DNA from: Eledone cirrhosa
Lineage: Eukaryota
Direction of reading: 5' to 3'
Length of the DNA stretch: 64,000 bases
NCBI GenBank assembly: GCA_964016885.1
Contig: OZ024751.1
Coordinates: 11,718,001-11,782,000, forward strand
Part shown: positions 29,466 to 40,928 of the stretch, in pieces
How the letters are laid out: every line of letters starts with the position of its first letter
Position numbering within the stretch: position 1 is the stretch's first letter
Notes under the pieces: generated by a model
The model's database searches: none
What the model was told of the DNA's origin: nothing
Seen by the model: only the letters and a program-made list of their open reading frames with translations
Program-made: the position numbers and the translations under genes

Positions 29466-29554
29466 ATTCTCGATAAAAGCACTGGATATGTAGTCCTGAT
29501 GATTTCTAACAAGAATGAAACGCGTAGATTACTTCCCTTGCTTTTATCGAGAAT
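29466..29554 (+). ncRNA. Type I hammerhead ribozyme, family B (plus-strand copies also at 29776-29864, 30086-30174, 30396-30484, 30706-30794, 31016-31104)
   Basis: GUAGUC-CUGAUGA-U-UUCU(AACA)AGAA-U-GAAAC-GC-GUA^-GAUUAC. Stem I is GUAGUC/GAUUAC, extended by the 16-bp helix AUUCUCGAUAAAAGCA/UGCUUUUAUCGAGAAU. Predicted cleavage after 29526. Confidence 0.88.
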
Positions 29555-31204
29555 CTAATTGTAATACGTGACGTATTCTATTCTATAGCGATTAGGTCTT
29601 CAAAATGTTTATTATAAACATACAGAATATTTTCGAATATTCTATGTCTATATTCACATATATATCGCTATTTCAGAGCATTTATTCCAATTTCTAATTT
29701 CTGCCGGACCGGCAACCGCTCTTTCAAACCAGTTCCTGTACACAGCTAAGTATTCTATAAGTCTCTAGCTGTGTCATTCTCGATAAAAGCACTGGATATG
29801 TAGTCCTGATGATTTCTAACAAGAATGAAACGCGTAGATTACTTCCCTTGCTTTTATCGAGAATCTAATTGTAATACGTGACGTATTCTATTCTATAGCG
29901 ATTAGGTCTTCAAAATGTTTATTATAAACATACAGAATATTTTCGAATATTCTATGTCTATATTCACATATATATCGCTATTTCAGAGCATTTATTCCAA
30001 TTTCTAATTTCTGCCGGACCGGCAACCGCTCTTTCAAACCAGTTCCTGTACACAGCTAAGTATTCTATAAGTCTCTAGCTGTGTCATTCTCGATAAAAGC
30101 ACTGGATATGTAGTCCTGATGATTTCTAACAAGAATGAAACGCGTAGATTACTTCCCTTGCTTTTATCGAGAATCTAATTGTAATACGTGACGTATTCTA
30201 TTCTATAGCGATTAGGTCTTCAAAATGTTTATTATAAACATACAGAATATTTTCGAATATTCTATGTCTATATTCACATATATATCGCTATTTCAGAGCA
30301 TTTATTCCAATTTCTAATTTCTGCCGGACCGGCAACCGCTCTTTCAAACCAGTTCCTGTACACAGCTAAGTATTCTATAAGTCTCTAGCTGTGTCATTCT
30401 CGATAAAAGCACTGGATATGTAGTCCTGATGATTTCTAACAAGAATGAAACGCGTAGATTACTTCCCTTGCTTTTATCAAGAATCTAATTGTAATACGTG
30501 ACGTATTCTATTCTATAGCGATTAGGTCTTCAAAATGTTTATTATAAACATACAGAATATTTTCGAATATTCTATGTCTATATTCACATATATATCGCTA
30601 TTTCAGAGCATTTATTCCAATTTCTAATTTCTGCCGGACCGGCAACCGCTCTTTCAAACCAGTTCCTGTACACAGCTAAGTATTCTATAAGTCTCTAGCT
30701 GTGTCATTCTCGATAAAAGCACTGGATATGTAGTCCTGATGATTTCTAACAAGAATGAAACGCGTAGATTAGTTCCCTTGCTTTTATCGAGAATCTAATT
30801 GTAATACGTGACGTATTCTATTCTATAGCGATTAGGTCTTCAAAATGTTTATTATAAACATACAGAATATTTTCGAATATTCTATGTCTATATTCACATA
30901 TATATCGCTATTTCAGAGCATTTATTCCAATTTCTAATTTCTGCCGGACCGGCAACCGCTCTTTCAAACCAGTTCCTGTACACAGCTAAGTATTCTATAA
31001 GTCTCTAGCTGTGTCATTCTCGATAAAAGCACTGGATATGTAGTCCTGATGATTTCTAACAAGAATGAAACGCGTAGATTACTTCCCTTGCTTTTATCGA
31101 GAATCTAATTGTAATACGTGACGTATTCTATTCTATAGCGATTAGGTCTTCAAAATGTTTATTATAAACATACAGAATATTTTCGAATATTCTATGTCTA
31201 TATT

Positions 31205-31283
<79 letters not shown>

Positions 31284-32019
31284 GTATGTATATATATATA
31301 TGTATATATATATATGTGTGTGTGTGTACATATATATATGTATATATATATATATATATATGTGTGTGTACATACATAAATGTATACATATATAAACACT
31401 CACATATGTATATATGCATGTTGATCTCTTATCTTATTATCTTATAAACTACAGCATTAACGAGAAAGATTCAGCCCGAATATAGATATGTACAAATTGA
31501 CTAACTGAATTAAAATAATTAGAAATTCGTATAGAGAACCTTATGAAAATAGCTGTGAATATGAAGGAAAAGAGAAAATCACCATGATTGAGAATACACA
31601 AAATATTTAAACCCTGAGAAGATTATCTCTGTAAGAAATATTTTTACTTTCATTTAATCGTAGATCTTATTATTCTGATATGTCAATTAGCGCCAAAAGT
31701 CTGTCCCCTGAGAAAAGAAATATGAACGTTTGTTTTTGAAACAAAACATGTGAATATTTGGATTGTTGTAGATCGACTTTGAGGCACGTTGAAAATTACA
31801 TGGTTGTCTGACAATGGCGGATATTTTTTTTCTTCTCTGACGATCTTCAAAAACGATCAAGCGCGAGGGAAAGATTACTGACGAAAACCACTATAAATGT
31901 TTGCATACATATGTTCAGAAGTTCCTATGTTGTCTTTATTATGCCGTTCCCAAACAGGGTCTGGCCTAAGTATTTAAACTTGGTTTATCACACACGTGGC
32001 CAGAAAACAGTCAAGTTCG

Positions 32020-32449
32020 CTCAGAGAGAACGAAAGAAAGAGTCAGAAGGAAAGAACGAAAGAAAGAAAGAGAGAAAGAACGAAATAAAGAAAGAAAGAG
32101 AGAAAGAATGAAAGAAAGTAAGAGAGAAGGAACGAAAGAAAGAAGGAGAGAGAAAGAACGAAAGAAAGAAAGAAAGAAATATGGAAAGAAAGAAAGAGAG
32201 AAAGAACGAAAGAAAGAAATAAAGAAATAGAAAGAAGGAAAGAAAGAAAGAAGGTAAGAGAAAGATGGAAAGAAAGAAAGAACGAAAGAACGAAAGAAAG
32301 AAATAGCTAAAGAACGAAAGAAAGAGAGAAATAAATAGAGAGAGAAAGAAAGAAAGAAAGAAAGAAAAAAAGAACAAAAGAAAGAATGAAAGAAAGATAG
32401 AAAGAACAAAAGAAAGAAAGAAAGAGGGAAATAACTAAAGAAAGAACTA

Positions 32450-32481
<32 letters not shown>

Positions 32482-32510
32482 GAAAAAGAAAGAATGAAAG
32501 AAAGGAAAAC
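32020..32510. repeat. Degenerate (GAAA)n purine tract
   Basis: Directly visible. Confidence 0.95.
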
Positions 32511-33112
32511 ATGAGATAGATGAAGAATCTAGTGCAATAAGGGATTGTTTGTTTATTGACACCGAGATGGCAAATGGTAAAATAGACACAAGGAATATTA
32601 GAACACACAGTGTAGAGGTTCGGAATGAATGGCACCAAACATTCTTCCTGACCTTCTAACGACATCGTTAATGTCATTGCAGTATGTGGTATTGTTTTTT
32701 ACCCCTGAGATCAAATCCTGCTGAAGTCATATTTTATCATTCCGGTGAAAATAAATGTAATATTGGTTAAGTACTATGGTTGATATAATCAATAACAAAG
32801 CCCCTAACCCAAACTTGCTGACCTTGTGCCTAAAATATAAATCATTATATCGTATAACATATCTAAGCGTTCGTTTATATATGGCTTGCCTCTATGAAAT
32901 AATATGTTTTTTAATACCTTATAAAAGTGTTTTTGTGTAAGAATGAGTCCTCAGGGTAATAACAGAAATGTGTATTATCTTGTAAAAAAAAAAAGTAAGA
33001 ACGATAATTATTATTATTAACAGTTTCAGTTCCATCTCCCCCCCCCCCCACCCCACACACACAGGCACACCAACAGACAGTCAAATAGACAGACACACAA
33101 AGACACACACAC

Positions 33113-33202
<90 letters not shown>

Positions 33203-33255
33203 ATATATGTGAGTGTGTATGAATGGATTTTAGTCTTGAAATTTATTATTATTAC

Positions 33256-33288
<33 letters not shown>

Positions 33289-33318
33289 GTATGTGTGTAT
33301 ATATGTGAGTGTGTATGA

Positions 33319-33355
<37 letters not shown>

Positions 33356-33917
33356 TTTATATACTTATAACTTATATATATATATATATATATATTGCGT
33401 TTGGCTTATATACGCATATGTGTGTATATGAATGTGTTTACCTCTATAATGTTGTTGAAGCTTGGGCTAAAAGATATATTCAAATACAAAAATTCTCGAG
33501 TAAGCTAAAAGATAGATATGACATATAATGTCTAGAACAATCCTCTAAGATACTTATCAAATCTCTTATCATTTGACTGACATAAGCGAATTCCCACTCG
33601 ATCAAATCCAGTCAAGAACTCTAGATAAATCCCAGTAAGAGTTTTCTCTTAATCTTCTCCTGTGTATAATAACTTACCATCACTCTGCTTTCCGCTCATT
33701 ATCATTTTTCCTACATTTAAGAGGATTATAATTTTACATGATATTTCAGTACAATACAATATTTCCCATATAGGAAGGAAGGTGTATAAGGCAAAGTAAA
33801 AAGTAAAAAGCAAATAAACACAGAAAAGATGTATAAAATGTAAAAGGCAAACAACAATGAAATATCATATTGATGCGTAAATATATATACAGACACGCAC
33901 ACATACAGTTCGATTAA

Positions 33918-33953
<36 letters not shown>

Positions 33954-33970
33954 CATATATATAATATATG

Positions 33971-34041
<71 letters not shown>

Positions 34042-34132
34042 GTATATATATATGCATATATATAATATATTTATATATATATGTATATGGAAAAGATCGA
34101 AAAGGATGTTACTTGATAACAAGATTATATGC

Positions 34133-34190
<58 letters not shown>

Positions 34191-34270
34191 TTATAGAATA
34201 GAAGATTATATTATTTACACGTATTATTTGTGTATGGAAGCTCACTCTCCATCTCCTTCTCTGTCCCACA

Positions 34271-34306
<36 letters not shown>

Positions 34307-35600
34307 CCCTCCATGTCTTTGTTCCCATATGTGTGTATGCGTCCTTGGCGTAAATAAAATTAATATTACATGAAGTTGAAGAAATCTTGGCGAAGACAGA
34401 AGATGATAAACTTTTCTATCTACACATAAATCGGATGGCTTCTAGACAGGGGAAACACAAATACACGCACACATATATTGCTTTAGATTAGTAGAGGGTT
34501 GTGTCTTTTTTTATCTGCATGAAATGAATGAGATTTAAAAAATAAACACATTGACGAAGGAGATGTTTTCGTGCAATATATATTTCTGTGTCATCTTTAA
34601 TTTCAATGCTTGCTTGTTTCGTTTTGTTTTTGTTTTATTTCTGTTGTATTGAAACGACTGTACTGAATCTGACTTCAATGTTTTGAGTATATGTAAGAAC
34701 TGCCAAGTTACAGGGTTTCTGTAACTCCTTTAGCTAGACTTATTGAAGGCGCCAAACTTAGGGTTTTATTTAATATTCACGTATAGAATTAGTCGAATTG
34801 TATCTATAATTGGGGGGTTATTTCATTTTTTTTCTTCCCGAGTTTATATCTTTTTCAATTTTTTTTTTCGCACATTGATCTGATGGCTTCTGCCTGGAAG
34901 ATTTTAACAATGTACCACGATGAAATATCCTTTGAACTTTGCTTTGAGACATGTATTTCTCAAAATTGCAATATTTGAATGATGTTGTTCAAATATTGTA
35001 AATGTGGGGACCTCACTTGTTACCAATTTAAATTTGTCTTTTGTGTCATATTAAAAGCATTTTTCGTCATTCCCCGCACAACTAATTTTTACTTCATCCA
35101 CCGTATATTATTTTAGGGTTATAAGAAGAGAATTTCTGTTACTAGACTTCAAAACAAACATTATGTATTATATTGAAATAATTGTTTCTACTATTGGCAC
35201 AAGGCCAGAAAATTACCCAGTACATTACTGGTACTTTATTTTGAAATTATTATTTGGTATTATATTGAAATAATGTGCTTTGTTACAAATAGTTATATAC
35301 ATACATAAACTCATACATATATAATTCATAATAGATGTATGTATGTATGCATATATTTATGTCGAGTCACTCTTGAGTGCAACTGGTGACATGTAACCCA
35401 GTACAACCTGTCGCAAGGTTGGGTCGTCGGCGACTAAACCGGCAACCCACCAAGTTTGCTTGGTGAGGAGAATGTTTTGGACTCCCTGCAGGACAACAAA
35501 CAAAACCTGACAAAGGTCGGAAGAACTCATAAGGGTCAACGGACATCCAAAAATGTATAAATATGTATATACATGTATGCATGTATATATCTATATCCAT

Positions 35601-35665
<65 letters not shown>

Positions 35666-35673
35666 TGTATGCA

Positions 35674-35706
<33 letters not shown>

Positions 35707-35738
35707 GTATATACATGTATGCATATGTATGTATATGC

Positions 35739-36120
35739 GCGGGGACATAGAAATAATCGGGCTGGATACCCGATCACGCGGTTAATCCACTGGGAGTGAA
35801 GGACGAGTGAAGGCCGAGCCTTAATCAGGGCATTCTTCTAGGAGAAGGCAACTCAGGAAACTGGGATAACTCCGACATAAAACCTGCGGCTCAGTATTTC
35901 CCGATAATGCTGATCTTTTCTTCGTTTGGGGTAAAAGATACTGTCACTCAGAGAGTGGGATTGGCTCAGTGCACAGTCTTTCCTCACTTTAAAAATATCT
36001 TACGGCACGGGCATTGCACGATAGGATTAATTGAGAATTATTAATAATGTTATATCGTGCAATGGCCATACTCGATAACGAGGGCACAACTATCATGTAT
36101 AAGTGTATGTATGTATGTAT
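35739..36120 (+). mobile_element. RTE-derived bipartite element, family 2 (3' part also at 1570-1765, minus strand)
   Basis: Shares CTAGGAGAAGGCAACTC, GAGAGTGGGATTGGC..ACGGCACGGGCATTGC and the 3' GGCCATACTCGATAACGAG end with family 1, but the middle differs and contains an AT-loop hairpin. Confidence 0.62.
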
Positions 36121-36664
36121 GTTGGCGACTAAACTGGCAACCCCACCAAGGTTTCTTGGTGAGGAGGGTGACTTTGGACATCCTGCAGGACTAAAAACAA
36201 AACCTGTCAAAGGGCAAAGGAGCTCTTAAGAGTCAATGGCCATCCAAAATCACCGGGAGAGATGACCCCTTAGCCTTTGTCAAGGCAGAATTCTAGGAGA
36301 AGGAACACTCTGATATAACACCTGCAACCCTGATGGTATCCAATGATGTTGACTTGTTCTTCTTTTTGGTAAATATCATCTTGGTTAAGAGAGTGGGACT
36401 GGCTTTGTGCAGTGCCTTTGCTCACTATAAAAGCTTCACGGCACAGGCATTGCTTTATATCTGGAGATCTCTCTGCACTTGTCATCACATGGTACCATGG
36501 GCCCAGCACTATGTGTCAATAATTGTCACAAGTGTAGTGTTTGTACCAAAGTTTTCAAGTCGCTGGCTGGACTAAAAGGTCACACTTGTTCAGCGCATCG
36601 GTGGGGGTTCTCCTACATGGATATAAAGTAGTGGCCGTACTCGAAAACGAGTTGGCAGCCACCA
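36121..36664 (+). mobile_element. RTE-derived bipartite element family 1, 5'-truncated copy
   Basis: Near-identical to 36907-37448. Followed by a TATG-rich tail to 36842. Confidence 0.72.
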
Positions 36665-36844
36665 TGTATATATATATATGTATGTATGTGTGTATATGTA
36701 TGTGTGTATGTGTATATATGTATGTATGTATATGTATGTATATATGTATGTATGTATGTGTGTATATGTATGTATATGTATATATGTATGTATGTATATG
36801 TGTGTATATGTATGTATGTATATATGTATGTATATATGTATGTC

Positions 36845-37460
36845 AGGTCACCAGTTGGTGCTACTGGTAACATGTATGCCAGTACAACCTGTCTCATGGT
36901 CGGGTCGTTGGCTACTAAACTGGCAACCCCACCAAGGTTTCTTGGTGAGGAGGGTGATTTTGGACATCCTGCAGGACTAAAAACAAAACTTGTCAAAGGG
37001 CAAAGGAGCTCTTAAGAGTCAATGGCCATCCAAAATCACCGGGAGAGATGACTCCTTAGCCTTTGTCAAGGCAGAATTCTAGGAGAAGGAAAACTCTGAT
37101 ATAACATCTGCAACCCTGATGGTATCCAATGATGTTGACTTGTTCTTCTTTTTGGTAAATATCATCTTGGTTAAGAGAGTGGGACTGGCTTTGTGCAGTG
37201 CCTTTGCTCACTATAAAAGCTTCACGGCACAGGCATTGCTTTATATCTGGAGATCTCTCTGCACTTGTCGTCACGTGGTACCATGGGCCCAGCACTATGT
37301 GTCAATAATTGTCACAAGTGTAGTGTTTGTACCAGAGTTTTCAAGTTGCTGGCTGGACTAAAGTGTCACTCGTTCAGCGCATTGGTAGGAGTTCTCCTAC
37401 ATGGATATAAAGTAGTGGCCGTACTAGAAAACGAGTTGGCAGCCACCATGTATGTATGTA
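36845..37460 (+). mobile_element. Non-autonomous RTE-derived bipartite element, family 1 (tandem copy at 36121-36664)
   Basis: RTE-like 5'UTR motifs (CTAGGAGAAGGAAAACTCTGA; GAGAGTGGGACTGGC) joined to a 3' end encoding a C2H2-like remnant CSVCTRVFK.LAGLK.H, followed by a (TATG)n tail. Other copies: 1281-1532 (-), 60411-60624 (-), and a 5' piece at 35360-35552. Confidence 0.72.
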
Positions 37461-37565
37461 TTTACATGTATATATAGCCGAAATAAAGTTTCATAAACTT
37501 TACATATATGCGTGTATGTATAAATATGTATAGGGTCATATCTTTGGTTCTACACCTGAATTGAA

Positions 37566-37599
<34 letters not shown>

Positions 37600-37892
37600 T
37601 TCACTGCCAGAGGGGGACACACAGCAGTCAGCTTGCTGCTACCAAGATGAAAACTACTATGAAATCTCACACTGAATTTTATACTTGAATTTTCAAATCT
37701 CAAATTTTAACTCTTCTTATTATAAATTTTTCTTAATATTAATCAACATTTGAAAAGATGGCTTTTGCAGACCCATCGCAACCGGTCATTTTTTATACCC
37801 TTTATTCTTTCCTTACCTTATAAAATTATATGTTTTTTCACAAAAAAGTATTCTGTCTCATGTATATATTCCATGTGCCATTACCAACCTCA

Positions 37893-38017
<125 letters not shown>

Positions 38018-38360
38018 CATACATACATATTAGTGTGTGTATATGTTGTTGTAGTTGAATGGATAGATAATTGTAGAGTGCTTTAAAGTTAACGACTATC
38101 TGAAGCTAATGATTATATAGATGTTTTGAGAGGCAGGTCTGAAACAAAAATGACACAACGAGATCACTCAATTATGGCGCTCTAATCATAATTGTATATT
38201 TAGTTCTTAATAACAACATCGAAACTATAAATACATTTATAATTGGACAACGTCTGTGATTCCCACACATTCAAACACAATATATAGTGAAGAAAACGGA
38301 GATGAAAACAGTAAGAGAGATTTTCAGTGAGGAAGTGAGACCGAAATAGATAGATAGGGA

Positions 38361-38484
<124 letters not shown>

Positions 38485-38867
38485 GAATGTGTGTCTATAT
38501 GGATTATGTATGTTATCAGAGTTCTAGTAACTCGTAAATTTTATCCCAAATGGATTAACGTTTTGTCCACATATGTGAACATTGCTTTTCTAATCCTCTG
38601 CAAACACCGTTAAAGGTTGCACGAATATAATTAGGATGTTGTTATCTTCAAGTAATTAATGTCTACAAGGCTTGTCTTAACAAACTTAGCTTTAAAATAC
38701 TCAGTTCGCATCTGATTGTCATACTTCATTGCGATATATTTAGGAATCTTTGATAGAAAGCAAATCCTATCTGGGGCTTGTGAAATGAAATTTATGAATT
38801 ACGCTTATATCGAGGATCAAGTTCAAATTAATATATATTTACGTATTTATTTTCTGATACTAAGCCA

Positions 38868-39052
38868 TGGTGAATTGGCAGTATCGGTAGAGGGTCGGAC
38901 GCCATGCTTTGACGCATACAGTTACGGCCCTTGCCATTCTGAGTTCAAATCCGCCGAGGTTAATTTTGCCTTTCATCCTTACGGGGTCGATAAAATAAAG
39001 TACCAGTAATGTACTGGGTTTAGCTGGCCTTGTGCCAAAAGTAGAAACAATT
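38868..39052 (+). mobile_element. Full-length SINE copy (same family)
   Basis: GGTGAATTGGCAGTATCGGTAGAG...GAGTTCAAATCC...GGCCTTGTGCCAAAAGTAGAAACAATTA. Confidence 0.85.
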
Positions 39053-39350
39053 ATTACCATGAATAGTTTGTTTACAAAATCTTTGAAAAAGATTTCGTCT
39101 GCCATATTTCAGCACCTAGGCGTAAGTAGGTGCGCACTGAAGATCGGTAAATACAGTGAAATGCATTTGCCTCTCTTAGTCTGATCACTGAAGTAGCTAC
39201 CATATTTTTATAGTCAAACTAGATTTATATATGTCAAACCTAAACATGTTCTACGCCTTTATTCTGTATGACATTGTGTGTGCGCTGTCACTAATTAATA
39301 GATATAAATAAATACATATATATACTTACACACACATAGATACATGCATA

Positions 39351-39535
39351 GTGGATTGGCAGTATCAGTAGAGGGTCGGACGCCATGCTTTGATGCATAG
39401 AGTTACTGCCCTTGCCATTCTGACTACAAATCTTGCCGAGGTTAACTTTGCCTTTCATCCTTACAGGGTCGATAAAATAAAGTACCAGTAATACACTGGA
39501 TTAATTTCTGGCCTTGTGCCAATAGTAGAAACATT
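39351..39535 (+). mobile_element. SINE copy (same family)
   Basis: Homologous to 38868-39052. Confidence 0.82.
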
Positions 39536-39605
39536 TATCAAATACACACACATCGATACATGCATGCATACACACACACCCACGCACACACACACACACA
39601 CACAC

Positions 39606-39641
<36 letters not shown>

Positions 39642-39829
39642 TTAATCTTTGGTTATATATATATAAACAAAGATTAATATGGTTCATTGATTACTCAATG
39701 AATATAGTTTTACAGTAGATTAAAAGCACTCCACAAAGAAATTTTCTGGAGGTATTAATATTATGGAACTTGGAAAGACATACAAATTCAGAAAAAATTA
39801 CTAAGAAGAAACAAATATTGACTATTATT

Positions 39830-40414
39830 AATCATTCTTGAAATATTATTATTGTTCTTTGAGTCTCAGTCATTGATGTTAGTTAACTGGAAAGTTTGTT
39901 GAAATGAATATCAAGCCACTACCTGCAGCCTCAGATATTCAGGACGTATCGGAGGGTTCCTGCTGTTTCCAGCAAGCATGCCTTTTGAAGCGTTCCAAAA
40001 AGCGTGGCGGGGCAAATTTTCTTTAACCATCCCTGGAAACTTTTTGAGATAGTACCTATGACAATCGGGACCACTTTGAATTCATGGCAGTTCCAAATCC
40101 TTTTTACCCCCCACTTTAAGTCCTGGTATCAGTTAATTTTCTCCCTCTCCTTCTCTTGCACTCTCGTGTCGAATGGGCAGGCCACATCCACAATCAGGCA
40201 CGATCTTTTTTCCTTGTCCAAAACCACCAGGTCAGGTCTATTGTGTTCCTGTTTATTGTCCGTCTGTATCCTAAAATCCCACATCACCTTCACCTGATCG
40301 TTTTCTATCACGGCCTCTGGCTTATGCTCATACCACTTCTCAGAATGTGGTAAATTGTTTACTTTGCATAGGTGCCAGTGGATCACCCTGCCCATCACAT
40401 CATGTCTCCAGCCC
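39830..40414 (-). mobile_element. 3' end of an R4/Dong-like non-LTR retrotransposon (restriction-like endonuclease domain)
   Basis: RHD...WHLCK...WYEHKPEAVIEN..VMWDFRIQTD...NRPDLVV...IVDVACP...EKEREK (RHD and PD..D-type RLE motifs). The 5' junction abuts (TTA)n at 40415-40443. Confidence 0.88.
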
Positions 40415-40450
<36 letters not shown>

Positions 40451-40740
40451 ATGTTTTGCCTTACCTTAAACATTGTATATCGTTTTTTTTTTATATAGTA
40501 AATTAATCTCATGATGTGACTCAGTATCCTAAGTTCGGTTTTAGAATGGTCATTGTATAACTAGAATTTTCTGAATTTGCGGTTTGAAATATCTTCTGGC
40601 TTTCAAAGCACTTAGTTAATATAAATGATCACATAAGTTGTACGGATTACCTTCCTTTGTTTACATTCTTCGTATATAATTTTCGTTCTATCCAAATGGA
40701 TTAATAATGTATATTTAACATGATTTAAACTGTTTAATAA

Positions 40741-40928
40741 TTGTTTCTACTTTTGGCACAAGGCCAGCAATTTCCCAGTGTATTACTGGTACTTTATTTT
40801 ATCGACCCCATAAGGATGAAAATCAAAGTTAAGCTCGGTGGGATTTGAACTCAGAATGACAAGGACCGTAACTCGATGCGTCAAAGCATGGCGTCCGACC
40901 CTCTACCAATACTGCCAATTCACCGGTT
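40741..40928 (-). mobile_element. SINE copy with target-site duplication
   Basis: Flanked by the direct repeat ACTGTTTAATAA at 40729-40740 and 40929-40940. Confidence 0.85.

Larger units (their letters stand above)
28071..31213. mobile_element. Head-to-head palindromic tandem array of a 310-bp hammerhead-containing unit (retrozyme-like family B)
   Basis: Unit start TTGGAATAAATGCTC at 28071, 28381, 28691, 29001, 29311 (period 310). Orientation flips at ~29457, then about 5.7 reverse-complement units run to ~31213. Both ends abut (TA)n. Only three single-base variants seen by eye (28777, 30479, 30772). Confidence 0.92.

Noticed and set aside
28071-31213. CRISPR array or ordinary satellite interpretation
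   Set aside because: Units are identical along their whole length with no unique spacers, there are no cas genes and the context is eukaryotic. The ribozyme core and the inversion are not explained by a plain satellite.
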